From: Oribacterium parvum
Lineage (GTDB): Bacteria; Bacillota; Clostridia; Lachnospirales; Lachnospiraceae
Assembly: GCA_938022235.1 (NCBI GenBank)
Contig: CALIEL010000022.1
Location: forward strand, 1-38,602
Reading direction: 5' to 3'
Length of the DNA stretch: 38,602 bases
Shown: positions 18,017 through 30,349 of the stretch, one piece after another
Layout: each line of letters starts with the position of its first letter
How positions within the stretch are numbered: the first letter of the stretch is position 1
Position numbers and translations under genes: made by a program
Notes under the pieces: generated by a model
What the model was told of the DNA's origin: nothing
Database searches by the model: none
What the model saw: only the letters and a program-made list of their open reading frames with translations

Positions 18017-18523
18017 ATGAGTGAAACACGATATGATGAACTGGTACGTAGTGCAAAATTCGGTGTGAAATTAATTCATAAAGAATATTGTGCAGGTAAA
18101 GAAATCGCGTATGTAGTGATATTAAGTGGACTTGGAGATTATCGTGTAGCAGTCAATCCTGATGAGATGCACAACGTTCATGCAGTTATAGATGCTATTC
18201 ATCAGTACTATGCTGAAACGGACGATCAAAGGGTGATAGATGGATATAAGATGGGGATATTCACTCTCATTCGTGTTGCGGGAAATATTAGAACTCTAGA
18301 TAGCATACTTAATATTCTTTTCTATCAACTTGAGAAAGAACAAGAGGGAAATGCCAGCTTTATTCTTGATACGGAAGAAATTGTCCAAAAGTTGAATAGT
18401 ATGATTGCGGAAAGATATGATGTTTATAAGAAGGAGAATCCATTTTTTGATACTTGGTTTTCCAGACAGCAGACTTTTGCGATGGAACATTATGGACTGA
18501 TTTTGCAAGGAAAGCCGGAATAA
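18017..18523 (+). CDS. Hypothetical helical protein, tandem paralog 2 (divergent)
   Basis: 168 aa from ATG 18017; aligns without gaps to paralogs 1 and 3. Confidence 0.85.
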   Translation: MSETRYDELVRSAKFGVKLIHKEYCAGKEIAYVVILSGLGDYRVAVNPDEMHNVHAVIDAIHQYYAETDDQRVIDGYKMGIFTLIRVAGNIRTLDSILNILFYQLEKEQEGNASFILDTEEIVQKLNSMIAERYDVYKKENPFFDTWFSRQQTFAMEHYGLILQGKPE

Positions 18524-18607
18524 TTGAACTGGTATACTATGTGTTTTTGCTTTCTATTAGATTTGCAGATTGTTTGATAAGAATTATCCATTACAAGGTG
18601 ATTATCT

Positions 18608-19111
18608 ATGAGTTCAACAAGATACGATAGACTGGTACGCGAAGCGAAATTCGGTGTGAAATTAATTCACAAAGCATATTGCGCCGGAAAAGAGATAGCT
18701 TATGTAATTATTTTAACCGGCTTAGGAGATTTTTTTGTCGGAATCAGTCCGGAAGAAGGCCACAATAATCAGGCAGTTATTGATGCTATTCACCAGTATT
18801 ACGCAGAAACGGAAGATGTAAGGGTGATTGAAGGATATCAGGCCGGGATTTATGAGCTAATAGAAGCATCAGGACATATGAAAATGTTTAGTAATTTATT
18901 GAGGATTCTCTTCTATGAACTTTATAAAGAACATAGTGGAGAGGCTAGTTTTACTCTGGATATGGAAGAGATTTTTAGACAGCTAAATAGTATGATTTTG
19001 GAAAGATATCATAATTTCGAGAAGGAGGATCCATTTTTTGAACCATGGTTTTCCAGATATCAACAATCTGCATTGGACGATTATGGCTTAGTTTTGCAAG
19101 GAAAGTCGTAA
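18608..19111 (+). CDS. Hypothetical helical protein, tandem paralog 3
   Basis: 167 aa; RBS AAGGTGA. Confidence 0.85.
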   Translation: MSSTRYDRLVREAKFGVKLIHKAYCAGKEIAYVIILTGLGDFFVGISPEEGHNNQAVIDAIHQYYAETEDVRVIEGYQAGIYELIEASGHMKMFSNLLRILFYELYKEHSGEASFTLDMEEIFRQLNSMILERYHNFEKEDPFFEPWFSRYQQSALDDYGLVLQGKS

Positions 19112-19229
19112 TCTTAGAATTATAAACTCGGTCTTGCTTCCTTCTGTACTTCCTGAAGTCCTCGCCATTTCCCCCTTGCGTTCAAGGCAATATTTTGTAC
19201 AATAAGAGGGAGACAGAGAGAGGTATCGG

Positions 19230-20759
19230 ATGAACAGAGAAGAATTTGATGACGAGTATTACCAGCAGAAAATGATGGAACACCGTATTCGGATGGAGAA
19301 GCGGAGAGAGAAAAGAAAGAAGGAGAAGCGCCTGCATATCCTGCTCTTTTTTCTTCTGCTTCTTTTGTTGTTCCTGGCTTTTATCGGGGTGCGTTATGCC
19401 CTGCCCTATGTGCAACAGCAGGGAGGCATTTCCTTTGGGAAGAAGGTCTCTGAAAGCACGATTGCCAAGAATCGCCCGGTGGTAAAGCTTGGGGAAGGGG
19501 AAACGGAAGAGAAGGGCGATGTAGTAGAGGCAAGTGAAACTCCGGCTCTTTCGGAAAAGGATGAGGCCTTAAAGACGGCGGAGCTTCAGGCGAAGCAGTA
19601 TGATTATGACAGTGCCATCGCCACCTTAAATGCTTTGAACCTGTCTTCCGATACGGAGATTTCCGCGAAGATTTCTCAGTATGAAGAGGAGAAGGGCAAG
19701 CTGGTTCCTGCCAATATGGATGATATCACCCACATTTTCTTCCATATCCTGATTGTGGACCCGACCAGAGCCTTGACGGACACCCATCAGGGAAAGCAGT
19801 TCAATTCCGTAATGACCACCATTCCGGAGTTTGAGGAAATCATCAAGGAAATGTACGATCGAGGTTACGTGATGGTACACATGCATGATTTGGCGGAAAT
19901 GCAGGAACAGCCGGACGGAACGAAGAAAATGGTAAAGAAGCAGATTATGCTTCCGGAGGGTAAGAAGCCCTTCGTCATGTCCCAGGACGATGTGAATTAT
20001 TACATTTACATGGAAGGACACGGCTTTGCGGACAAGATGGTTTTGGATGAAAATGGAAAGCCTAAAAACCAGTATACCGATAAGGATGGAAATGTTACCA
20101 TTGGGGATTATGACCTGGTGCCGATTTTGGATAAGTTTGTGGAGGAGCATCCGGATTTTGCCTACCATGGCCATAAGGCGGTGATTGCTTTTACCGGCTA
20201 TAACGGCGTTCTTGGCTATAGAACCGATGAGACCTTTGATCCTAATTCTCCTGCCTTAGACCCGAAGAATAGGGCAAACCCCAATATTGAAGAAGATAAG
20301 GAAACTGTTAAGAAGATTACTAAGGCCATGAAGGAAGACGGCTATGAATTTGCCTCCCACTCCTGGGGACATATCAATTTCGGTACCAGAGATTTGGCTT
20401 CCATTTCCAAGGATACGGATCGTTGGGAGAGAAACGTGGAGCCTCTTCTGCCGGATCCCTGTGAGATTCTGCTTTATCCCTTTGGAGATGATATTGGGGA
20501 CTGGCATCCCTATCAAAAGGGAAAAGAAGACGGAAAATATGATTTGCTGGAGGCGGCAGGCTTCCATTACTTCTGTAACGTAGATTCCGCAAAGGTTTGG
20601 ATGCAGTACGGAGATGATTTTGTCCGGCAGGGAAGAAGAAATCTGGACGGTTATCGCCTGTATGAATCCTACAGCGGCGCGGCGGATAGACTTTCCGACT
20701 TGATTGACGTGAAGAAGGTCTTTGATACCAGAAGACCTACCCCTGTAACCTGTGAATAA
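19230..20759 (+). CDS. Membrane-anchored polysaccharide deacetylase family protein
   Basis: N-terminal TM helix; MSQDDVN, ASHSWGH and LYPFG motifs of the NodB/CE4 type. Confidence 0.8.
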   Translation: MNREEFDDEYYQQKMMEHRIRMEKRREKRKKEKRLHILLFFLLLLLLFLAFIGVRYALPYVQQQGGISFGKKVSESTIAKNRPVVKLGEGETEEKGDVVEASETPALSEKDEALKTAELQAKQYDYDSAIATLNALNLSSDTEISAKISQYEEEKGKLVPANMDDITHIFFHILIVDPTRALTDTHQGKQFNSVMTTIPEFEEIIKEMYDRGYVMVHMHDLAEMQEQPDGTKKMVKKQIMLPEGKKPFVMSQDDVNYYIYMEGHGFADKMVLDENGKPKNQYTDKDGNVTIGDYDLVPILDKFVEEHPDFAYHGHKAVIAFTGYNGVLGYRTDETFDPNSPALDPKNRANPNIEEDKETVKKITKAMKEDGYEFASHSWGHINFGTRDLASISKDTDRWERNVEPLLPDPCEILLYPFGDDIGDWHPYQKGKEDGKYDLLEAAGFHYFCNVDSAKVWMQYGDDFVRQGRRNLDGYRLYESYSGAADRLSDLIDVKKVFDTRRPTPVTCE

Positions 20760-20782
20760 AGAAGCATTTGGAGAGGAAGAAA

Positions 20783-21085
20783 ATGAACCGGAAACTAGAC
20801 ACCGAAGAGGTACGACATTTATTTGAGGGAATGCAGCAGCTGGAAACCACGGAAGAGTATTTTCGTTTTTTCGAGGACCTCTGTACCATCAATGAGCTTT
20901 TGGCCATGGCCCAGCGCTATGAAGTGGCCAAGCTCTTGCAGGAAGGCAAAACCTATATCGATATAGCGAAGGCCACCGGAGCCTCCACCGCAACCATTTC
21001 CAGAGTCAACCGATCCCTACATTATGGAGAAGATGGCTACGCGGTAGCCTTTGAGAGGATAGCCAAAAAGGAGGGGGAAAAATAA
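20783..21085 (+). CDS. yerC: TrpR-related YerC/YecD protein
   Basis: FFEDLCTINEL, QRYEVA and TGASTATISRVNR motifs. Confidence 0.9.
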   Translation: MNRKLDTEEVRHLFEGMQQLETTEEYFRFFEDLCTINELLAMAQRYEVAKLLQEGKTYIDIAKATGASTATISRVNRSLHYGEDGYAVAFERIAKKEGEK

Positions 21086-21285
21086 AAGGAACAGCTTTAA
21101 ACAATCAAAAAGCTTCTCAACGATATAGCATGGAACCGGGGCACGCTCTCGCTAGCCTCGCCACGCAGCGGTTCTAAGCTTTCCAAAAACAAAAGCTAAG
21201 AACCGGCGGGCTCAGACTACCCCGTATTCCAAAGCTATATCGCTGAGAAGCTAGCCTTGTTTGATGATTACTGTTCCTTTTATTT
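21080..21285 (+). repeat. Full divergent copy of the structured repeat, about 206-nt hairpin
   Basis: Perfect 15-bp outer stem 21080-21094 / 21271-21285; stem 21111-21135 / 21227-21252; core 21138-21223. Confidence 0.85.
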
Positions 21286-21909
21286 CTTTTTCCTCTTCCT
21301 TTTCTTTTGACTCTCCTCCATGCGGTCTACGATCTTCTCCATTAATTGTTTCTTGAGGTAGACATCAAAGGCCAGGAGACTTAGGAAGGAAAAGCTTTGG
21401 AGCTGTTCCCGCTCCGATTCCTCCAAGTTGGCAAAGGCGGGATCCTGTTCCGAAAAGGAGCTGTTGGCGGTTTGAAACTTTTTCCCTAAATCTTCCACTA
21501 AGCTTTGCATTTCTCCATTGGCAAAGGAGAAGATTTCTTCGTAAATATCCGTGAGTCTGGGTTTGCTATGAAGAGAAAAATAATTTTCCGCTAAGGGATC
21601 CACCACGGTACGGATGTCGGAAAGACTCAACATACTCTTATAATAGTAGATTAAAAGCAGAATCAGCATGTGATTCTTGTTGTAGCGCTTTCCAACAGGA
21701 GGAGGCAGAATCTTATTTTTGGCATAATTATTAATCATGGTTTTGGTAAGCGCTTTGTCCTCCGGATGACGCTTCATGGAGGCCAGATGTTCCTCCATAA
21801 ATCCGGTCACCTGATCCATGTATAGATCCAGGGAGGGCAGGCTTCCCGCATGCACATGATGTAAACTTTTAAGATATTCAGTTAATTCATTTAAATATTG
21901 TTCGTCCAT
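21280..21909 (-). CDS. DUF1836 domain protein
   Basis: LPSLDLYMDQV and LTKTMINNYAK...PPP motifs. Confidence 0.85.
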   Translation of the reverse strand: MDEQYLNELTEYLKSLHHVHAGSLPSLDLYMDQVTGFMEEHLASMKRHPEDKALTKTMINNYAKNKILPPPVGKRYNKNHMLILLLIYYYKSMLSLSDIRTVVDPLAENYFSLHSKPRLTDIYEEIFSFANGEMQSLVEDLGKKFQTANSSFSEQDPAFANLEESEREQLQSFSFLSLLAFDVYLKKQLMEKIVDRMEESQKKRKRKKK

Positions 21910-22064
21910 AAAAACAAGTATAGCATAGCGAAGTAGAATTACAAGAATTTAGCAGTGGCTATAAGGGGAAAATGGTACTATCCTTAAGTAAGGTAGCTTA
22001 AAGTACGAAGGAAAAAATAAGAGAGTATAGGGTATATATGACCTAAGGAAAAGAAAGGAAAGCC

Positions 22065-24464
<2,400 letters not shown>

Positions 24465-24470
24465 TTTAGC

Positions 24471-24604
24471 AAAAAGAGGCTGTAAAAATCAAAATATAAA
24501 TAGTCTTTATGTAGTATAGGTCTGAAATAGGAGTAATCTGAGTTTTGCCCCGTTTCAGCCCTATATTGCATAGGAGACCTTTTTGATTTTAACAGCCTCT
24601 TTTT
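24471..24604 (-). repeat. Inverted, core-deleted copy of the structured repeat
   Basis: 24-bp terminal inverted repeat with one mismatch; GTAGTATAGGTCTGAAA stem; core reduced to GAGTAATCTGAG-TTTT-GCCCC. Confidence 0.85.
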
Positions 24605-24626
24605 TCTTGTCTAAAATCTTATCTTA

Positions 24627-25136
24627 TTACGCAAGGATATAAACCATATCCTCCCAGCTCTCGCCGCCCCAGGTGGAGGGGGATTTACCTAAATGCTCAT
24701 AGCCGAAACCGCTGTAGAAAGGAACAAAGTGGGTATGGCAGGTGAGAAAAATCTTCTCTGTACCCCGCTCTTCCTCCATGTCAATATAACGGTTCATAAT
24801 CTGGCTGGCGAGCCCTTTTCCTTGATATTCCGGTCGAACCTCCAGACCTAAAAGAAAGCAATGCTTTGCTCCCTTCTCATGTAAAGAGGCATTTCGGAAG
24901 AATTCATCCAAAAAGACTTCAGAAGCGGAGTGAATACCGCTCATATAACCGGCAATCTTTTTATTTACCTGATCAAAGGCAATCAGAAAATCTTCCGGTA
25001 TTTTCTCAACACGGTCTTTAACCTCTTCATAGCTACAGGCTTCATTTTCCGAAAAACATATCTTTTCTATCGCTGCTAATTCTCGGATATCCTCTTCAGT
25101 AGCCGCCCGAAAAAGATACCGCTCCTGTTTATACAT
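24627..25136 (-). CDS. GNAT family N-acetyltransferase
   Basis: VRPEYQGKGLA acetyl-CoA motif; LTC...PFYSGFGY. Confidence 0.9.
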   Translation of the reverse strand: MYKQERYLFRAATEEDIRELAAIEKICFSENEACSYEEVKDRVEKIPEDFLIAFDQVNKKIAGYMSGIHSASEVFLDEFFRNASLHEKGAKHCFLLGLEVRPEYQGKGLASQIMNRYIDMEEERGTEKIFLTCHTHFVPFYSGFGYEHLGKSPSTWGGESWEDMVYILA

Positions 25137-25311
25137 AAGACTCCTTTCAAAAATGATAAATTTTATTATTTTATATCATAGCAGAGATTCATAGGAAAGG
25201 CAAATAAGATAATAGGACTTATAAAAAATGAAACATTACTATTGAAAAATTATATTTTATTCCTTAAGCTTATAATAATGTTTATGCAAAATAACAAAGG
25301 AGTGAAAGCGA

Positions 25312-27066
25312 ATGAAAACAAAGTTTGGAAAACTTATGGGGAGGCTACTGTTTCTTTGCACATTACTATGCTTATGGGGGAGTAGCATAGCTTATGCGGA
25401 AGAAAAAGTGCAAAGCGGTTTTATTCTGGAGGATGAAGAAGGAAATCCTGTTACGGATGCTCTTTCTTTTATCTTAGAGGATAGCAAAGGTGGTGCAGAG
25501 GAGCATCAATCGACGTTTGGATACTTGGTGGTGGAGATTGATCGGAATAAAGTCTATACCCTGTATCTTAAAGATAACAAGGAATATAGTTTACCCCCTA
25601 TAAAATTCGTGAGTCAGGGAGAAGATCCTATTGACCCGGAAACAGGTAAGAGTATAGAAAAGCTAAGCTTAAGAACAAGAACGGCAACGGAAGAGCTGCC
25701 GGATAAAAAGCCAGAAGAAAAAGTGTCGGAAGGGAAAGGATTGGACAGTATCGCCATTCACACCTTTAAGGATGATGAACTTTTAGCGAATTCTCCCTTT
25801 AGACTTTTCCGATTTGAGGGTCATATTCCTACAGTGGTTTTTGGCGGAACAACAGATGAACAGGGAGAATACAGTTTTCGTGATTTTCGGGCAAATAGCG
25901 AATATATCATTATGATGGAGAACCCTAAACTGAAGTTTGATAAAGATAGCGTGAACTTCCAAACAAATGAGAGCGGAAAAATAGTTAAAATTAATGGAAA
26001 AACGGTTCAGACTGCGCAGGATGGAGAGATTGCTTTTAGGGGCTATGAGAAGAATTCTGATAAATTAGCTACGACAGAAGTGGAATTTTATGTTGTGGAT
26101 AAAAAAACACAGACTCCTGTACAGGATGTGGAATTAACAGCCAATACTCTGGTGCCCAGATTAAGCTCTTATCAGAATGCAAAGTCTGATAAAACCGGTA
26201 GAGTTGTATTTCATCTGGAAGGACAGGAAGGCGGCAAAATCTATTCGGTTTGCGTTTCCAAAAATGCACAGTTTTTGTGGAGATTTGAGCCGGAGCAAAT
26301 CACCATTCATGTGGATGAGAAGGGAGAACTCACTACAGAGGGAGATATTTATCCGATTTTTTATGTTACAAAGGAAGACAGAAGACATTTAAGGGATGAT
26401 TTGGAAGGAAAAATCACTGAGGCAAAGAATTATCTGGCAGAAAATACATTTTCAAAAGAAGAGGCCAAGAAAAAGCTGGAGCAGGCGATAGCGGCAGCAA
26501 GGGAAGAGTTGGATAAACCTGAAACGATTCCTTTTTATGTAGAGGGTTACATCAAGTCTATTGATGCGGCCAGAGCAAATCTGGAACAATATGTAGTCAA
26601 AGAAGAAAAAAAGGAAGAGCCGGATAAGACTGCGGAAGCAAAGAAAGAAGAGCAAACAGACAAAAATCAGACAAAGCAGGTGGAGAAACAGCGGGACGAG
26701 GTGCTTTCTAAGCCGGAAGAAAAGGTAACGAAAACAAGAAACTCCGGACGTAGAGTCTATAGAACTTCTTCTTACACAACAGTTCAAATGAAGCCGATTA
26801 CGCAAAAGCTCTTACTCAGTGCCGGTAATTGGGTTTTGGATAGTAAGGGTTGGTGGTACAAAAGAACCGATGGAACTTATCCGAAGGCAGAATGGCTTGA
26901 AGATAAAGGAAAATGGTATTTCTTTGATCAGGAAGGCTACATGAAAAAGGGATGGGTTTTCTGGAAGGAAAAATGGTATTATCTTGGCGAAAATGGAGAC
27001 ATGCTTGTGGATACCATGACTCCGGACGGCTATAAAGTGGATAAGGACGGGGTGTATATTGCGTAG
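25312..27066 (+). CDS. Secreted surface protein with beta-sandwich domains, a helical linker and C-terminal cell-wall-binding repeats
   Basis: Signal peptide ending AYA; WWY/WYF/WYY choline-binding-like repeats and a TPDGYKVD end. Confidence 0.8.
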   Translation: MKTKFGKLMGRLLFLCTLLCLWGSSIAYAEEKVQSGFILEDEEGNPVTDALSFILEDSKGGAEEHQSTFGYLVVEIDRNKVYTLYLKDNKEYSLPPIKFVSQGEDPIDPETGKSIEKLSLRTRTATEELPDKKPEEKVSEGKGLDSIAIHTFKDDELLANSPFRLFRFEGHIPTVVFGGTTDEQGEYSFRDFRANSEYIIMMENPKLKFDKDSVNFQTNESGKIVKINGKTVQTAQDGEIAFRGYEKNSDKLATTEVEFYVVDKKTQTPVQDVELTANTLVPRLSSYQNAKSDKTGRVVFHLEGQEGGKIYSVCVSKNAQFLWRFEPEQITIHVDEKGELTTEGDIYPIFYVTKEDRRHLRDDLEGKITEAKNYLAENTFSKEEAKKKLEQAIAAAREELDKPETIPFYVEGYIKSIDAARANLEQYVVKEEKKEEPDKTAEAKKEEQTDKNQTKQVEKQRDEVLSKPEEKVTKTRNSGRRVYRTSSYTTVQMKPITQKLLLSAGNWVLDSKGWWYKRTDGTYPKAEWLEDKGKWYFFDQEGYMKKGWVFWKEKWYYLGENGDMLVDTMTPDGYKVDKDGVYIA

Positions 27067-27156
27067 GAGCTCCATTTAAAGTTGAGGATATACTAAGCCA
27101 GCACTTCGCAATGAGCTCTGAGTTCAGGATAAAATATTGTTATTTAATAGTCGTAG

Positions 27157-27188
27157 AGAGCCACTCGATTTTCGAGTGGCTTTTTTTA
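27157..27188 (+). terminator. Intrinsic terminator
   Basis: AGCCACTCGA / TCGAGTGGCT stem plus a T tract. Confidence 0.9.
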
Positions 27189-27304
27189 GTGAGAAATGGG
27201 GGTGGATGGAAAGCGACTTAAGGCTCTTGTCGTTATTTATTGCATATAAAAATTTATTGCTTTTTACTCAAATATAGAAGAATGAGATAATTGATTTATT
27301 GATA

Positions 27305-27333
27305 TTTACAAAACATAAAATAAAGAATACAAT
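27305..27333 (+). promoter_or_regulatory. Sigma-A promoter of the pfkB-tct operon
   Basis: TTTACA, 17 bp spacer, TACAAT. Confidence 0.55.
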
Positions 27334-27396
27334 AATAAAATAAAAAAATACAATAAATATGCTCAAAAAACAACAAAACTAGAAAAAGGTGATAAA

Positions 27397-28269
27397 ATGT
27401 TGGATACATTCATTGTGGGACAGGTATCTGAGGATATTAATGTAGATTACGATGGGAAAACAATTAGGGAACTTGGCGGAGCGGTAGTTTACTCCGGATT
27501 TGTAGCAGGAAATCTTGGCCATAAAGTCGGGGTTCTCCCAAAGTCCAACAATCCGATGCAGATAGAAGAGCTTTTTGCCAAAGCCGGCAACGTGAAGGTT
27601 TTTCCTGCATATTCAAAAACTAATACCTCAATCGAGAATCGTTATCATACGGCTGATAAGGAAAAAAGAACATCTATTGCGTTATCCAGAATCGAACCTT
27701 ACCAAGTTTCTGATATGCCGGATGTGGACACAAAAATAGTACATATTGCCGGGCTTATGTATGGAGATATTCCGGAAGATATTATCGATTACTTTTATGG
27801 AAAAACAAAAATTGCTATTGATGTACAAGGAATACTTCGTCACATGACTGAAAAGGATGTCTTTTTTAAAGATTGGGAGAAGAAACTGGAATATCTTCCG
27901 AAAATTGATTTTCTAAAGACCGATGCCATGGAAGCGGAGGTATTGACCGGAACAGCAGACAGGGAGAAGGCTGCCAAGATACTGTCGGACTTTGGGGCTA
28001 AAGAAATTATGATTACTCATAACACAGAGGTTCTGGTATATCGGGAAGGGGAGATGGTGAAAAAGCCTCTAAAGCCCAGAAACTTATCCGGAAGAAGCGG
28101 AAGAGGAGATACCTGTTTTAGTACCTATATCACAGAACGACTCCATCAATCTATGGAGGAAGCAGCACTTCTGGCGGCGGCCACAGTGAGTTTAAAGATG
28201 GAAAAGCCGGGACCCTTCTGCTATGACAGACAGGCGGTACAAGACTATATTGCAGAATTTTACAGCTGA
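27397..28269 (+). CDS. PfkB family carbohydrate kinase
   Basis: LGGAVVY, IDVQG and GRSGRGDTCF anion-hole motif. Confidence 0.85.
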   Translation: MLDTFIVGQVSEDINVDYDGKTIRELGGAVVYSGFVAGNLGHKVGVLPKSNNPMQIEELFAKAGNVKVFPAYSKTNTSIENRYHTADKEKRTSIALSRIEPYQVSDMPDVDTKIVHIAGLMYGDIPEDIIDYFYGKTKIAIDVQGILRHMTEKDVFFKDWEKKLEYLPKIDFLKTDAMEAEVLTGTADREKAAKILSDFGAKEIMITHNTEVLVYREGEMVKKPLKPRNLSGRSGRGDTCFSTYITERLHQSMEEAALLAAATVSLKMEKPGPFCYDRQAVQDYIAEFYS

Positions 28270-28285
28270 TTTGAAGGGAGAAAAT

Positions 28286-29260
28286 ATGGAACTTCATGCA
28301 GTGAATGTGGGCTATGGAGATGCTTTTTTCTTTGAATGGAATGGACATAGTCTTTTACTGGATACAGGAAGCGGCTTGGATGGTGAGTATTGTGAACATC
28401 CGGAAAGAGTAGACATTGTGTCCTTTTTAATAGAGCAGAAAGTCAGCCGAATTGACACGCTAATTATTAGCCATATCCATGAAGATCATGTTGGAAAGTT
28501 GAAGGAAGTGTTGGAACATTTTTCAGTGAGTAAACTATGGATTCAAAAGGGATTTATGACTTTTCAAAAGGACGTCCCCAAGGTGGATATAGAATTTTCC
28601 AAAAACAGCAGTAAATATTTTTATAAATCCTTGCAAGATTTTGGAGAAGCCTTGGTCTATTGCAAAGAAAAAGGAATTCCGATAGACACTTTGGCGCAAG
28701 GGGATTCTATAGAATTGGATGGATTAAGGATAGAAGTCTTAGGTGCAAAGGATGCTATATTGGAAGAATTTTTGTCTTTGTATGCTCAGTTAAAAGAATG
28801 TAGAGAAGATTCTCAAAAAGAAGGAATCATAGAAAAGATGGATGCCATGTCCAACCATACCTGTATGTTGTTAAAAATCCGGTATAAGGCGTTGTCAGGA
28901 TTATTCTGCGGAGACAATACTCCGAAGCATTGGGATGAAGCGATTCAAGAGAAGCTTTCCGATATTACTTGGATTAAAATTCCTCACCATGGACAAGTGG
29001 ATTCTCTTTCGGAACATTTTATGCGAAAGATGCCCTTGGAATTTTGTTTGACTACGGCTTCTTCAGATAGAAGATACAATAGTGCGAATCCGGAAGTGTA
29101 TAAAGCTTTGAGACAGTGGGCAAAGGAAGATAAGAGGAAATTAAAAGTATTATTCACAGACCCCTCTACCGAGTATTCCACTTTTTCAGAGGTGAAGTAT
29201 GGAAACCGAAGCATTTGCTTTTCTATTGGAGAAGAACTTCGGTATCAGTATGAAAAATAA
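28286..29260 (+). CDS. ComEC/Rec2-like metallo-beta-lactamase fold hydrolase
   Basis: NVGYGDA, LLDTG, SHIHEDHVG, CGD and KIPHHG motifs; no signal peptide; RBS before ATG 28286. Confidence 0.85.
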   Translation: MELHAVNVGYGDAFFFEWNGHSLLLDTGSGLDGEYCEHPERVDIVSFLIEQKVSRIDTLIISHIHEDHVGKLKEVLEHFSVSKLWIQKGFMTFQKDVPKVDIEFSKNSSKYFYKSLQDFGEALVYCKEKGIPIDTLAQGDSIELDGLRIEVLGAKDAILEEFLSLYAQLKECREDSQKEGIIEKMDAMSNHTCMLLKIRYKALSGLFCGDNTPKHWDEAIQEKLSDITWIKIPHHGQVDSLSEHFMRKMPLEFCLTTASSDRRYNSANPEVYKALRQWAKEDKRKLKVLFTDPSTEYSTFSEVKYGNRSICFSIGEELRYQYEK

Positions 29261-29365
29261 TAGAACTCTATATACAAGAAATATAGAAATTTGACTTTAT
29301 CCTTGGAGGTCAAGAAGCAAGGGTAAAGCAAAAATATAAAGGCTGGATTGTAAAGGAGGTACGAA

Positions 29366-30334
29366 ATGTTGAAAAAAATTTTTGTGGGCTTGTTGGCGAT
29401 AAGCTTATCCCTATCCTTGTTTTCCTGTAAAAAGAAGGAAGATAAGTTTCCGGCAAAGCAGGTGACCATCATTATGCCCTGGTCAGTTGGCGGAGGACCG
29501 GATACCATTGCCAGAAAAGTAGCTTCCTATGGGGAAAAGTATCTAGGAGTTCCGGTGATTGTAGAAAACCATACCGGAGGTTCCGGAACTGTAGCTATGA
29601 GTGATTTTATGGCAGCGGAAGCGGATGGATACACCATGGTACTTTGTAATGGACCTCTGTTTTCTTTAACCCCCAATTTTATTCAGGGAACAAATTATAA
29701 ACTGGAAGATATTAGTCCTTTAATTGGTATGAGACAGGTAGAATTTGTTGTTTTAAGTAATCCGAAGAATACCGGTATTAAGACTTTAGAGGATTTAAAG
29801 GCGTATGGAAAATCCGGAAAGACAGTGAAGTATGCAACCACCGGCGGTCCCGGAAATGATAGCTACACTATGATTAGTGTTCTTTTTAAGAAACTGGATA
29901 TTCCTGCGGAAGCCGTTCCCTTTGATGGCGGTCAAGAGGCTATAAATGCCCTTGCAGGCGGACATGTGGATATCGCAATCGGTTCTCCCCCTGTTTATCG
30001 TGAGTATGTAAAGAGTGGAGAATTTGCTTGTTTGGGAACCTTTATTCCGGATGGTATTGAAGTAGAGGGAATAGGGGAAATTCCTTCCTTCAAGTCCATG
30101 GGTGTGGATGCAGAGTTTGTGGGAATGGATTATTTTGCAGTAAAGAGTGATGTGGATGCAGAAAAGAAACAGATTCTTACTGATTTCATTAAGAAGGTTT
30201 ATGCAGATCAGGAATTCCAGACCTTTATGAGTGATATGGGAATGAAGGCTTGGGAAGCTGATGATAAAGAAATTTTAGATGCAATTAATAAGCAAACGGA
30301 AGACATGAAACAGTATGTTGAATTATTGCAATAA
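29366..30334 (+). CDS. tctC: Tripartite tricarboxylate transporter substrate-binding lipoprotein
   Basis: Lipobox LFSC; PWSVGGGPD, VENHTGGSG and VPFDGG motifs. Confidence 0.88.
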   Translation: MLKKIFVGLLAISLSLSLFSCKKKEDKFPAKQVTIIMPWSVGGGPDTIARKVASYGEKYLGVPVIVENHTGGSGTVAMSDFMAAEADGYTMVLCNGPLFSLTPNFIQGTNYKLEDISPLIGMRQVEFVVLSNPKNTGIKTLEDLKAYGKSGKTVKYATTGGPGNDSYTMISVLFKKLDIPAEAVPFDGGQEAINALAGGHVDIAIGSPPVYREYVKSGEFACLGTFIPDGIEVEGIGEIPSFKSMGVDAEFVGMDYFAVKSDVDAEKKQILTDFIKKVYADQEFQTFMSDMGMKAWEADDKEILDAINKQTEDMKQYVELLQ

Positions 30335-30349
30335 AAGAGGATAAAGAAA

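Noticed and set aside
17935..18607. Repeated spacers as a CRISPR array or integron attC sites
   Set aside because: Only two imperfect copies separated by whole genes, no attC-like inverted ends, and no cas or integrase gene
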